A stretch of DNA of 64,000 nt from an uncultured Lachnospiraceae bacterium (lineage in GTDB: Bacteria > Bacillota > Clostridia > Christensenellales > UBA1242), in NCBI GenBank assembly GCA_964432825.1, contig CAYSOX010000007.1, forward strand, positions 975 to 64,974, in the 5' to 3' direction. The notes below the pieces were generated by a model, which saw nothing but the letters and a program-made list of their open reading frames with translations, did not search any database and was not told the DNA's origin. Every line of letters starts with the position of its first letter. Positions within the stretch are counted from its first letter, which is position 1. The position numbers and the translations under genes are program-made. Positions 43,907-52,513 of this stretch are shown in pieces.

Positions 43907-46687
43907 ATGAAAAAATATATAATTATATTAGTTACTCTTTTAATTCCTACATTCTTTTGTTCGGGATGTGTTGCAACCGACACCGAAATTGCCAATTCTT
44001 TGGATGGCAATATGACACGACTCGTGTATTCCGTTGGGTATTTAGATAGCATTAGCCAAACCGAAATGGCTGACCTCATTCAAAACACTAGTTATTTTGG
44101 AGGCGTTGAAACTCTTCAAAATAGTAATTTGGGATTGTCTGGACTAAAAGAGAACAACTTTAGGACAAGTGTTTTTAGTAACCCGCTCACTTCTATAAAT
44201 TCTAGCATAAACCGAAATTTTGAATCGCCAAGCACTGCGAATTTTTCTTCCTCTAATTTTAATGGTGAAAATTGTTCTTCATATAATCAATACGGCTCAA
44301 CTGGTATATACGGAAATAATACAAACGAATCCGCCAATGTTTTAACGGGACTAGCAAACTCTTCGGGCGACGGATTAATTAATAACAGCAACACAAATTG
44401 TAATTTTTGCGAAAATTGTAATTATAGAAATAAAAATTTAACTGGTAACACTTTAAGCGGTAATAACAATTTTGCAGGGGGGACTAATATGTATGGTGGT
44501 AATTTGGCGGGTGGTTCTAATACATATAATTGCAACACATGTGCCGGTGGGTGCAACACCAAAGTTTATCCAAATGGAAATTTGAATACAAATGGTGAAA
44601 ATCTTAATGGAAACAATACGCCTTGCGAAAACTACGGAATTGCCACCCTTCCACTTGTGGATGATGAATACCCTATAGCGGATAATGTAAACACCGGAAA
44701 TGCATCTGCAAATGCTCTTGGAGGACTTTATGAAACAAATGGAGCAACATCAATTAACGGAACCCAAACTGGATTAAACACCTCTTTTAATGGTCAAGAA
44801 AACATTAACACTTTAGATAGTGTCGGAAATTTAAATTCGGCAACGACTGAAACAATCACGGATGAAAACAATCAAACAAGCGGACTTTCGGGGGTTGTGG
44901 ACACCTCGCTTCTATTATCTTCTGCTAGTGATTTGAATGAAATTTTAATGCTTATTAGTCAAAAACGCGGTATTATAATGCTTTACTGTACCGATTTGAG
45001 AGCGGGCAAAGGAACACTTACTGCCGACAGCAAAGAGGCTATAACTGAATATATTGCGATAATAAAAGAAACCACCAATTACCTAAACACCTACTCTAAT
45101 ACGCTAACAACTTATATGAACAATATAAAAACTATTGCTTACACCGAAAACGCACAAGAGTTAATAAATGCAAAACTCATTAGAACCAATGAAATATTAA
45201 AGACTCGATATGCAAAACTTGACACTTGTATTGATTCGCTTGATGCAATTATTTCAATACTTCAGCGGTCTATTGGAATGGATTATGCATCTAATTACAC
45301 ACTCCAAACTGAAACGCAAAATGTGGCTATAAACAATGGTTCAGCACTAAATAATTCTACCGAAATTATTGAATCACAAGGAAATATTTTAAACAATTCA
45401 ACGGCAAACTTGCAGTCTAGCCAAAATTTAAATTCGTATAATAACGAATTGAATTCAACCTCAAAAATTTTGAATGGTAGTACAAATTTAAACTATAATG
45501 AAAATTTTACGATTAACCCTTATTCTAATAACTCAAACCTCAGCAACAATAATTGTGAGAACAACCTTTCAAATAGTTGCGGGAACTATGATAACCCCGT
45601 TTATCCATATTGCAATAATTTAAGTATTAATAAAAATTGCACTTGCGACACAATAAATCGCACCGCAAATAATAACCGTATTAATGATAGTTTTAATACC
45701 AATGCGCAAAATCAAAATGGAAATACAAAAATACTAAATGAAAAATTTTCTTCGGGTAATAACTTGGTAAGCGAGACCAATAATATTGCGGGAAACACCT
45801 TGGGAAAGGAAATTGAGAATAGCACTATTGGGAGTAACTTGGCAGTCGGAATTGATAATACTACTGCGGGAAACACTTTGGGAAAGGAAATTGAGAATAA
45901 TACTGTTGGTGGCAACTTTGCTGACGGAATTAATAACAATGTTACGGGAAATAATTCTAATATTGAGAGTGTTTTAAGTGGACTGCCAGCAAACACGCAA
46001 ACTTTAATTTTAAATCAAAGCCCAAACCAAACCACTGAAGATATTTTAAACGGATACCCAACCGCCTCACCAATAACATCACCAAACCCAACCAATATAA
46101 TTTCATCAATTGAGGTGAGTTCCAGCGCGACCGATTTAATGGATGAAGAAAATACTACTCAATCAATAAAAGAATTAAAAGAAGACAAAACTAAAATTCA
46201 AAACAAAATAATAGATTCAAATGTTGTTGTTATGCCTCAAGGTGATGAATTAAGTTTATCCGAAAACCAAAAAGATTCAAAAAACAAGGGATTGAGTTTA
46301 GAAAATAATAATGTTGACAGTGAAAAATTGCACTCAAAATTAAATACAAAAAAGAACGAAACTAAAAGTGAAAAGACAAAAGATGAATTAAACACTAAAA
46401 ATAATCAAAATACTACTAATATTGAAAAAAATATAATTTTGGTTAATGACACAAAGTTTGCAAACAGCGACAATTTCGAAACTTCAAAAACTAGTTCAAG
46501 TTTAAACGAAAATCTTCAATTAGAAAACTTTGACGAAAAAACAACTACCGAATTTATAAACCATATTTCATCAACCACCCTACCTACTATTGAGTCAGAC
46601 AAAATGTTTTCAGCAACCACACTTTTACCCGTCGTTAAAGAACAGGACACCGTAAAAACTCTACCTTACTATCCACAATTTAATTAA
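43907..46687 (+). CDS. very Asn-rich putative lipoprotein (about 926 aa)
   Basis: RBS TAGGAGA before ATG 43907. Signal peptide with Cys (LLIPTFFCSGC). Asn/Cys-rich low-complexity blocks. Central helical region (aa about 340-470). Internal about 75-nt coding repeat at 45780-45960. Confidence 0.7.
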   Translation: MKKYIIILVTLLIPTFFCSGCVATDTEIANSLDGNMTRLVYSVGYLDSISQTEMADLIQNTSYFGGVETLQNSNLGLSGLKENNFRTSVFSNPLTSINSSINRNFESPSTANFSSSNFNGENCSSYNQYGSTGIYGNNTNESANVLTGLANSSGDGLINNSNTNCNFCENCNYRNKNLTGNTLSGNNNFAGGTNMYGGNLAGGSNTYNCNTCAGGCNTKVYPNGNLNTNGENLNGNNTPCENYGIATLPLVDDEYPIADNVNTGNASANALGGLYETNGATSINGTQTGLNTSFNGQENINTLDSVGNLNSATTETITDENNQTSGLSGVVDTSLLLSSASDLNEILMLISQKRGIIMLYCTDLRAGKGTLTADSKEAITEYIAIIKETTNYLNTYSNTLTTYMNNIKTIAYTENAQELINAKLIRTNEILKTRYAKLDTCIDSLDAIISILQRSIGMDYASNYTLQTETQNVAINNGSALNNSTEIIESQGNILNNSTANLQSSQNLNSYNNELNSTSKILNGSTNLNYNENFTINPYSNNSNLSNNNCENNLSNSCGNYDNPVYPYCNNLSINKNCTCDTINRTANNNRINDSFNTNAQNQNGNTKILNEKFSSGNNLVSETNNIAGNTLGKEIENSTIGSNLAVGIDNTTAGNTLGKEIENNTVGGNFADGINNNVTGNNSNIESVLSGLPANTQTLILNQSPNQTTEDILNGYPTASPITSPNPTNIISSIEVSSSATDLMDEENTTQSIKELKEDKTKIQNKIIDSNVVVMPQGDELSLSENQKDSKNKGLSLENNNVDSEKLHSKLNTKKNETKSEKTKDELNTKNNQNTTNIEKNIILVNDTKFANSDNFETSKTSSSLNENLQLENFDEKTTTEFINHISSTTLPTIESDKMFSATTLLPVVKEQDTVKTLPYYPQFN

Positions 46688-46882
46688 GTTTAATTTGCAA
46701 AATTTTAATAAATTTTCTAATTAAAATATTAAATTTCCCCTTAAAAATTTTTTGTAAATATTTATTGGATTTTTGAATTATTTTTACGATTTTTATGATT
46801 TATCAATTTTTAAAAGTTGTTTTTAGCCCCAAAATTGCCCCTATTTCGAAAACTATACCCTTATTAATAAGTAAGTCAACTT

Positions 46883-46920
46883 AAAAAACAGCCCAAATTT
46901 TAGGGCTGTTTCATTTATTT
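46883..46920. terminator. bidirectional terminator between convergent genes
   Basis: Stem acagccc (46888-46894) / gggctgt (46903-46909). A-run upstream and T-rich downstream. Confidence 0.6.
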
Positions 46921-46934
46921 ATTTTCGCAAAATT

Positions 46935-48152
46935 TTACGCAACTTTTGGGGCTTTTATAATAGACTCATGTGTCCAAGTTTTTTGATTTTTTTCAAGCCA
47001 TCCGCTGTTTTTTAGTACTATGTTGTTATTTGAACATTGCACATTGTAATCTGATTTTTTAGCCATATAAACAATATTTCCATTAAATGACTCATATTCA
47101 TTTTTTGAATAATTTACACACAAAGTTGTAACATAAACACACTCGGTATATTTTGAAATTACATCTATAAACTTTTGTGTTGGGAATTGATTTAAAACAT
47201 TTTGGGTGTATTCTGAACTTCCCGCACAACAGCAAACGCAAACTACTTTTGGTTTTACAACACTCATCAAATCGTCGGTTGAAGATGTTTTTGAGCCATG
47301 ATGACCCGCCTTGTATAAATCACAATCGGCAACATTTAATTCTCCAGTTTTATAATTTTCCGCCAACCACTTTTCACCCTCGGCTTCTAAATCCCCAGTA
47401 AACAAAAACTTCTGTTCGGGTGTTTTAATTAAAGTACAAACCGAATAATCGTTTTCGGTTGAGGCTTTTGTTGTATAATATTTGCTATTCAAAATATTTA
47501 AAGTTATATCACCACTTTCGGTATTTCCTATTACATATTGATTTTTTGCATCTCCCGAATTTTCAACACATTCACTAGCCGTATATGTTTTTGTTCCGCG
47601 AGCCTCGGCTTCCGCAAGTTCTCTTTTGAAGTTTTTATACAGCGAACTACTATCCTTTTGATTGGTTTTTGCAAAATAAATTATTGTGCCAATTTCATAT
47701 AAATCAAAAATACTTTTCACATTTTCTGGTGTCGCGAAACCCGCATAATGGTCTTGATGGGCGTGAGTTACTATAACATATTCAATTTTGCCGTCGGTTA
47801 TATAATTATTAAGGTAACTTGAAACAGTTGTTACACTGTTAGACTTTGAACCGCAATCTATCAATATATCCGTTTCATAGGCTTCTCCGCTTGCATTTAT
47901 TCCACTGGCCTTTATGTAGGTGCAGTCACCTGTATATTTATTTCCAAGTTCCAAAAAATGAACAGAAACATCAGATTCATTAACATTTATTTCCGCCAAA
48001 TTATTTGATGTATTACTGCTTGCTTTGGAATAAAAAACCTCTTCTGAGACTTCCAACTCTTCCGTTAATGGAAGGTTTACATAGGTGATTACTCCAAAAC
48101 CACCAACCACTCCAAGTATTAATGCAACAAAACAAATTATAAATCTTTTCAT
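46935..48152 (-). CDS. membrane-anchored metallo-beta-lactamase-fold hydrolase (ComEC C-terminal-domain type)
   Basis: N-terminal TM. HxHxDH motif VTHAHQDHYAGF. Late motif KAGHHGSKTSS, typical of ComEC/Rec2 MBL domains. Confidence 0.75.
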   Translation of the reverse strand: MKRFIICFVALILGVVGGFGVITYVNLPLTEELEVSEEVFYSKASSNTSNNLAEINVNESDVSVHFLELGNKYTGDCTYIKASGINASGEAYETDILIDCGSKSNSVTTVSSYLNNYITDGKIEYVIVTHAHQDHYAGFATPENVKSIFDLYEIGTIIYFAKTNQKDSSSLYKNFKRELAEAEARGTKTYTASECVENSGDAKNQYVIGNTESGDITLNILNSKYYTTKASTENDYSVCTLIKTPEQKFLFTGDLEAEGEKWLAENYKTGELNVADCDLYKAGHHGSKTSSTDDLMSVVKPKVVCVCCCAGSSEYTQNVLNQFPTQKFIDVISKYTECVYVTTLCVNYSKNEYESFNGNIVYMAKKSDYNVQCSNNNIVLKNSGWLEKNQKTWTHESIIKAPKVA

Positions 48153-48763
48153 TATTCAACTCCTCCATCAGGTGATACTGTAGATTCTTCAGTCGGCAAG
48201 TCGCTAGAACCCTCCTCAGGTGTAACCACCACTTCATTTGCCGAATTTTTTTCTTCTTCTTCAGAAGGCTCCACCACTGTTATTAAGCGAATTTTTTGGA
48301 CTTTGAAAATTGAACCATATTTTAGTTCGTTCGTTGAATAAATTATATAAAATGTACCTACTTTATCTGAGTGATACAAACCATTTTCATCAACTTTTAA
48401 ATTTGTGTCTACCACCACTTTATCTTCAATGTTTTTACCAAAAGCAACAATGTTGACACCTTCATCGCGGTATTTATCGTTTAATGTAATTGTGATTTCC
48501 TCTTCACCACGAATGGTAAATTCGTCCTTTTTACAAACTAAATAAAATGAGCCTATGCCAATGCCCACACCCAAAACCAAAACAAGCAATGCCATTAGCA
48601 CACCTTTAAGACCCAATCCCTTAACTGCCTTTTTGGCTTTTCTTGACCTTCGTTTTTTTGACCTTTTGGAATTGTAGGTATAACTAGCCTCTTCTTCACT
48701 TCCTATTGGGAAATTAATTGTTGCTCTTCTTGAAGTCTTTTTTACCGATGAATTTTCAGCCAT
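48152..48763 (-). CDS. membrane-anchored protein with a bacterial Ig-like (DUF5011-like) domain
   Basis: Basic N-terminus, one TM, then FTIRGEEEITITLNDKYRDEGVNIVAFGKNIEDKVVVDTN...GTFYIIYS, which resembles Ig-like DUF5011 repeats. Acidic C-terminal tail. Confidence 0.45.
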   Translation of the reverse strand: MAENSSVKKTSRRATINFPIGSEEEASYTYNSKRSKKRRSRKAKKAVKGLGLKGVLMALLVLVLGVGIGIGSFYLVCKKDEFTIRGEEEITITLNDKYRDEGVNIVAFGKNIEDKVVVDTNLKVDENGLYHSDKVGTFYIIYSTNELKYGSIFKVQKIRLITVVEPSEEEEKNSANEVVVTPEEGSSDLPTEESTVSPDGGVE

Positions 48764-48884
48764 TATTTTCTCCTTTTATTATTAATTAAAAACTATATTT
48801 CAGATTTGTTTGAATATGTCTAGTAATTAAAGAAGTCTTCCCATTTAATTAACTTATACTTACAGAATGTTCAAACAACACATT

Positions 48885-49035
48885 TTATACCCCGTGTGAT
48901 GTGAATTTGTTCTCAAGTTCACAAATCTCGTTTGCTAACGCAACCACCGTAATAGATAACGGCATCACAGTTTGTAAAACCATCAGTTGCGGGGATTTAT
49001 TCCTTCGGACTGCTTTTCGACAACTTCCGATAATA
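48885..49035 (-). ncRNA. candidate structured 5' leader / cis-regulatory RNA (class unknown)
   Basis: A GC-enriched patch in an otherwise AT-rich intergenic region, about 120-270 nt upstream of ATG 48763. Long-range helix: 48890-48894 (ccccg) pairs with 48990-48994 (cgggg), and 48897-48901 pairs with 48981-48985. Internal stems ACAAA/TTTGT, CCGT/ACGG and TTGC/GCAA suggest a multi-branch fold. Confidence 0.3.
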
Positions 49036-49265
49036 TAACATAACTATTTTAACATATTGCAAGAAAAACACAAAACATTTTTGTATACCTTGTAAAAATT
49101 GTTGATTTCTAAAATAGCAATATTTTAAACGGTTTGGTACAATAATTTAACTAGCATTTGGCAAAAAATTTTAACCTTTAAACAAATAAAGCGTATTTCT
49201 AAAATTTTCACCATTTAATTATTTTTCTCATTTTTTAGAACTATTTAAAAACTGAATTAAAATTG

Positions 49266-49294
49266 TTGACAAATTTGTTTCAATATGATATTAT
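49266..49294 (+). promoter_or_regulatory. consensus -35 / extended -10 promoter for tRNA-Trp
   Basis: TTGACA (49266-49271), 17-nt spacer ending in TGa, TATTAT (49289-49294). Confidence 0.65.
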
Positions 49295-49316
49295 AATTAA
49301 GTCAATTGAAAAATTT

Positions 49317-49392
49317 AGGGGAATAGCGCAATTGGTAGAGTAGCGGTCTCCAAAACCGTCGGTTGGGGGTTCGAGTCCCTCTTCCCCTGCCA
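49317..49392 (+). tRNA. trnW: tRNA-Trp (anticodon CCA), CCA end encoded
   Basis: 76 nt. Acceptor stem aggggaa/ttcccct. Anticodon stem gcggt/accgt with loop cuCCAaa. T arm ggggg-ttcgagt-ccctc. GG in the D loop. One G-A mismatch in the D stem. Confidence 0.9.
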
Positions 49393-49422
49393 AAATCCGT
49401 AAGTTAACTTGCGGATTTTTTT
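49393..49422 (+). terminator. intrinsic terminator of the tRNA-Trp transcript
   Basis: 11-bp stem aaatccgtaag / cttgcggattt, loop ttaa, then a T-run. Confidence 0.8.
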
Positions 49423-49424
49423 AT

Positions 49425-49479
49425 TGAAAAAAACCTCCCGCGGGACTTGACTAATTAGCCACCACGGGAAGTTTTTTTT
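49425..49479. terminator. bidirectional terminator (serves the nifS/iscU-like operon on the minus strand)
   Basis: Arms cctcccgcggg (49434-49444) / ccacgggaag (49462-49471). Fully paired on the minus strand with two G-U pairs. Flanked by an A-run and a T-run. Confidence 0.6.
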
Positions 49480-49654
49480 ACTTAAACTATAGAAATTTAA
49501 AAACTACAAAATTCTATTAATATACATTTAAGTTTCAATATTATTTATTACATGCTATTTGGTTTTAAAATCAAAATTAAAATTTCAATCACCATTTAAA
49601 CAAACTTTATATTGTTATCCTATTATTTCAACACAATATAATTGTGTGCAGGTT

Positions 49655-50638
49655 TTAAACTCTTTTTTTCTTCTTTGTTTTTCTTCCTTCTTCTGGAGTT
49701 TCATCAAACTTAAAATTTAGTTGAGAAATTGCATTGGTAAGTTGTTCGGTTATGCTATCAATTTCATCAATCATATTTTCGCTTTCCATTCCATCTTGAT
49801 TGTAAAACTTTGTTTCGGTATTTTCCGAATTTTCAACAATTTCGCCATTTACCTTTTTTTCGGTTTTTGTGGTAGTTGTTATAACTTTTGTAACTGGGCT
49901 TTCGCTATTTTCAGGTTCGTCAACAACTCTTACTTCAATTTTTGTTGGTGCAACAACTTTCTTTTTAGGTTTTTCTTCAACATTTTTAGAAACTTTAGCG
50001 GACTTGTCGCTATTTCTAACTTTTGCACTGTTTTTTGAAGTATTTGCTTTCGCTTTTGAGGTTGATTTGCTTTTTTCTATCTTTTTAGAATCCACTTTTT
50101 TATCCAAATCATCTGCTTTTTGTAAGTCTTTTATGGTTTTAGTTGTTACCATTTCAGATTCTTCTAGCAAATCCAACTTAGAGTCTTTAATGTTATTAAA
50201 AACTGTAATATTCTTTGATGGGAAAACTTCTTTCTTTCTTGAATCTCTTTGATTCAGCGTGCCTTTATCTCTTTTCTTGCGATAAAGCGTAATAACCTTT
50301 TTTAGAGTTAAAATGGAGAAAGTCACCTTTGAATAATCTTGCTTCGAAATTTGTTTTAATGATGCAATTATATCTTTTTCGGTGATTTTTTCGGCTTCTT
50401 CTAAACTTTTGCCCGAACTTAGTTCGCAAAGTGTTGTCATACAAGCAAACAAATTGATTGAACCAAAGGCTTGGAAGGATATTGATTTTATTTTGTTATC
50501 TCTAACAACTATGTAAAATTTAGCGACCTCGCCCGTTTCCTTGTTTTCGTTTTTTGCGATAGCATCGGCACCAATGGTTGCACCAGAATATTTCGAATTG
50601 TAAAAAAGTTCTATTGCGTTAGACGAATATTTTTGCAT
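49655..50638 (-). CDS. IscU/NifU-like domain protein lacking the Cys ligands, with a Lys-rich C-terminal tail
   Basis: Residues 1-125 align with IscU (YS...GEV.K..I.V....I....F.AFG...........GKSLEEAE.I...DI...L......K...SIL). The three cluster-ligand Cys positions read T, S and F. Residues 125-327 are Lys/Ser/Glu-rich low complexity. Confidence 0.7.
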   Translation of the reverse strand: MQKYSSNAIELFYNSKYSGATIGADAIAKNENKETGEVAKFYIVVRDNKIKSISFQAFGSINLFACMTTLCELSSGKSLEEAEKITEKDIIASLKQISKQDYSKVTFSILTLKKVITLYRKKRDKGTLNQRDSRKKEVFPSKNITVFNNIKDSKLDLLEESEMVTTKTIKDLQKADDLDKKVDSKKIEKSKSTSKAKANTSKNSAKVRNSDKSAKVSKNVEEKPKKKVVAPTKIEVRVVDEPENSESPVTKVITTTTKTEKKVNGEIVENSENTETKFYNQDGMESENMIDEIDSITEQLTNAISQLNFKFDETPEEGRKTKKKKRV

Positions 50639-50639
50639 A

Positions 50640-51809
50640 TTACTTTACCTCCTTTTTAACCTTAACGGGTGAAATTTGGCGAAGGTTAGCAACTATTTTC
50701 ATAAGTTCGGCTATTGTGTAATCGATTTCTTCAAGTGTGGTTAGGTAACTAAATGAAAATCTTACTGTGCTTTTTACTCTCTTTTTATCTAGCGCTTTAA
50801 TAACATGTGAGCCACCTGCAACGCCTGACGAACAAGCAGAACCTGTGCTAACTGCAACACCGGCAAGGTCTAAAAGCATCAAAACTGCCTCACCATCAAC
50901 ATTCCTAAAGTCTACACTTACAATATTATTGACCTGATTTATAAGACTGCCATTGATTTGTACATTTGGTATCTTTTCTAAAATTGTGTTGACAAAATAT
51001 TTTTTAATTTTTGCAATAGATTTGTCGTGATTAGCAAAATTTGATGACAACAACTCACACGCCTTTGCAAAACCAACAACGCTTGGAACATCCACCGTTC
51101 CCGCTCTCATATTTCGCTCTTGCTCACCACCAAACATCAACTTGTCAATTTTTGTGCCATTTTTAATGTATAATGCACCAATTCCTTTTGGACCATAGAT
51201 TTTGTGAGCAGATAAACTTAGTGCGTCAATCCCCATATCTTGAACATCAATTTTGATTGAACTTAAGGCTTGAACGGCATCGGTATGGAATAAAACCCCA
51301 TAACTTTCAGCAAGTTTAGCAATAGCCTTGATTGGTTGGATTGTGCCAAGTTCGTTATTTACAGTCATAACAGAAATTAAGATGGTCTTTTTTGTAATTA
51401 ATTTTACAAGGTCTTTGTAATTAATTAACCCATCTTTGCCAATTTTGACATATGAAACCTTGAAGCCTTCCCTTTCTAATTGTTTGCAAGACTCCAAAAT
51501 TGAAGGATGTTCAAACGCTGAAACAATTATATGGTCGCCTTTATCTCTGTTTGCTCGTGCAAGTCCAAAAATTGCCCAGTTATTTGCTTCAGTTCCGCCC
51601 GAAGTGAAGTAAACTTCGTTTGGCTTACAATTGATTGTTTTTGCAATTGACTGACGCGCATCCTCTAAAACACCCGAAGCCTCTCTTCCAAAAAAGTGCA
51701 AACTACTGCTATTGCCTGTGGTGTTTTGAAAGCAATTTAACATCTCTTTATATACATCTACATTTAAAGGCGTAGTAGCAGCGTAATCTAAATAAATTCT
51801 TTTATCCAT
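50640..51809 (-). CDS. nifS: cysteine desulfurase NifS/IscS-type
   Basis: PLP-Lys SAHKIYGPKGIGALY. Active-site loop STGSACSS. Start MDKRIYLDYAATTP. Confidence 0.9.
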   Translation of the reverse strand: MDKRIYLDYAATTPLNVDVYKEMLNCFQNTTGNSSSLHFFGREASGVLEDARQSIAKTINCKPNEVYFTSGGTEANNWAIFGLARANRDKGDHIIVSAFEHPSILESCKQLEREGFKVSYVKIGKDGLINYKDLVKLITKKTILISVMTVNNELGTIQPIKAIAKLAESYGVLFHTDAVQALSSIKIDVQDMGIDALSLSAHKIYGPKGIGALYIKNGTKIDKLMFGGEQERNMRAGTVDVPSVVGFAKACELLSSNFANHDKSIAKIKKYFVNTILEKIPNVQINGSLINQVNNIVSVDFRNVDGEAVLMLLDLAGVAVSTGSACSSGVAGGSHVIKALDKKRVKSTVRFSFSYLTTLEEIDYTIAELMKIVANLRQISPVKVKKEVK

Positions 51810-51840
51810 TAGAATTTGTCCCCCACTAATATTTGTATGT

Positions 51841-51869
51841 ATTTTACCACATTATGTGTGTTTTGTCAA
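51841..51869 (-). promoter_or_regulatory. sigma-A-type promoter of the nifS operon
   Basis: On the minus strand: TTGACA (51869-51864), 17-nt spacer, TAAAAT (51846-51841). A 5-bp inverted repeat tgtca-atag-tgaca overlaps the -35. Confidence 0.55.
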
Positions 51870-52192
51870 TAGTGACAGATTACAAAATAGCGTCTTTTGA
51901 TAATTTTTTGTTTTTTAAAATTAAAAAATAGTAGCGTTTAATATAACTCTACTATTTATTGTTTATTTTGGTTATTCAATCAAAATGTTTGAAGAATTAA
52001 AAGCGGATAAACCTATTGATAACCCTGTAAAAATTTTGCACCACTAGTACAACTTAATGCCGGAAATTTGTAGGAATTGCGTGCTTTGGGTACGGCTTAA
52101 TTTTGTGAACACCAGAAACTTCAATTCTTGAATATAACTAACTTTGTGAAACAATAAAATACCCGCTTTGGTAATTTAAAAAATTACGCTAA

Positions 52193-52513
52193 CTATTGCA
52201 AATTTTTAACAATTCGTGCTATTTCATCGCATCTTTTAAAACCTAAATCCCTTTCTTTTAGAACTCCATCAACAAAATAAAGCGTTGTTGGAAGAACGGA
52301 AACATCGTAACTTACTGCAAGGTCTTCATTTTCATCAGTATCAATATGCAAAATTGTAAGTTGCGAATTTTCTGCTTCTAGTTCTATCAATTCATCTTTT
52401 AATAACTGACAATATCTGCACCATTTTGCACCAAATGTTAGGATTGTAACTCCTAATTTATTTAAATCTTTTGCGAGTGAATCGGCTGATGATTCTTTCA
52501 TAATTTCCCTCAT
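52193..52513 (-). CDS. thioredoxin-family protein
   Basis: WCRYC active-site motif and cis-Pro context VLPT. 106 aa. Start overlaps the hslU stop. Confidence 0.8.
   Translation of the reverse strand: MREIMKESSADSLAKDLNKLGVTILTFGAKWCRYCQLLKDELIELEAENSQLTILHIDTDENEDLAVSYDVSVLPTTLYFVDGVLKERDLGFKRCDEIARIVKNLQ

Noticed and set aside
45780-45960. About 75-bp tandem nucleotide repeat.
   Set aside because: It is not an independent repeat element. It lies in-frame inside the Asn-rich lipoprotein gene and encodes a duplicated 25-aa segment. It is reported under that gene.
48930-48965. T-box-like ACGGUGGUUGCG (minus strand) and ydaO-like GCUAAC...CGUAA (plus strand) words in the leader.
   Set aside because: These are isolated short words. 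The other obligatory elements are absent (specifier and AGAGA box for a T-box; GGGGA/ACCCA pseudo-symmetry for c-di-AMP).
48995-49015. CAGUCCGAAGGAA on the minus strand resembles the SRP RNA domain IV motif CAGGUCCGGAAGGAAGCAGC.
   Set aside because: The 3' strand of the motif (AGCAGC) and the surrounding helix are missing, and two deletions are needed even in the matching part.
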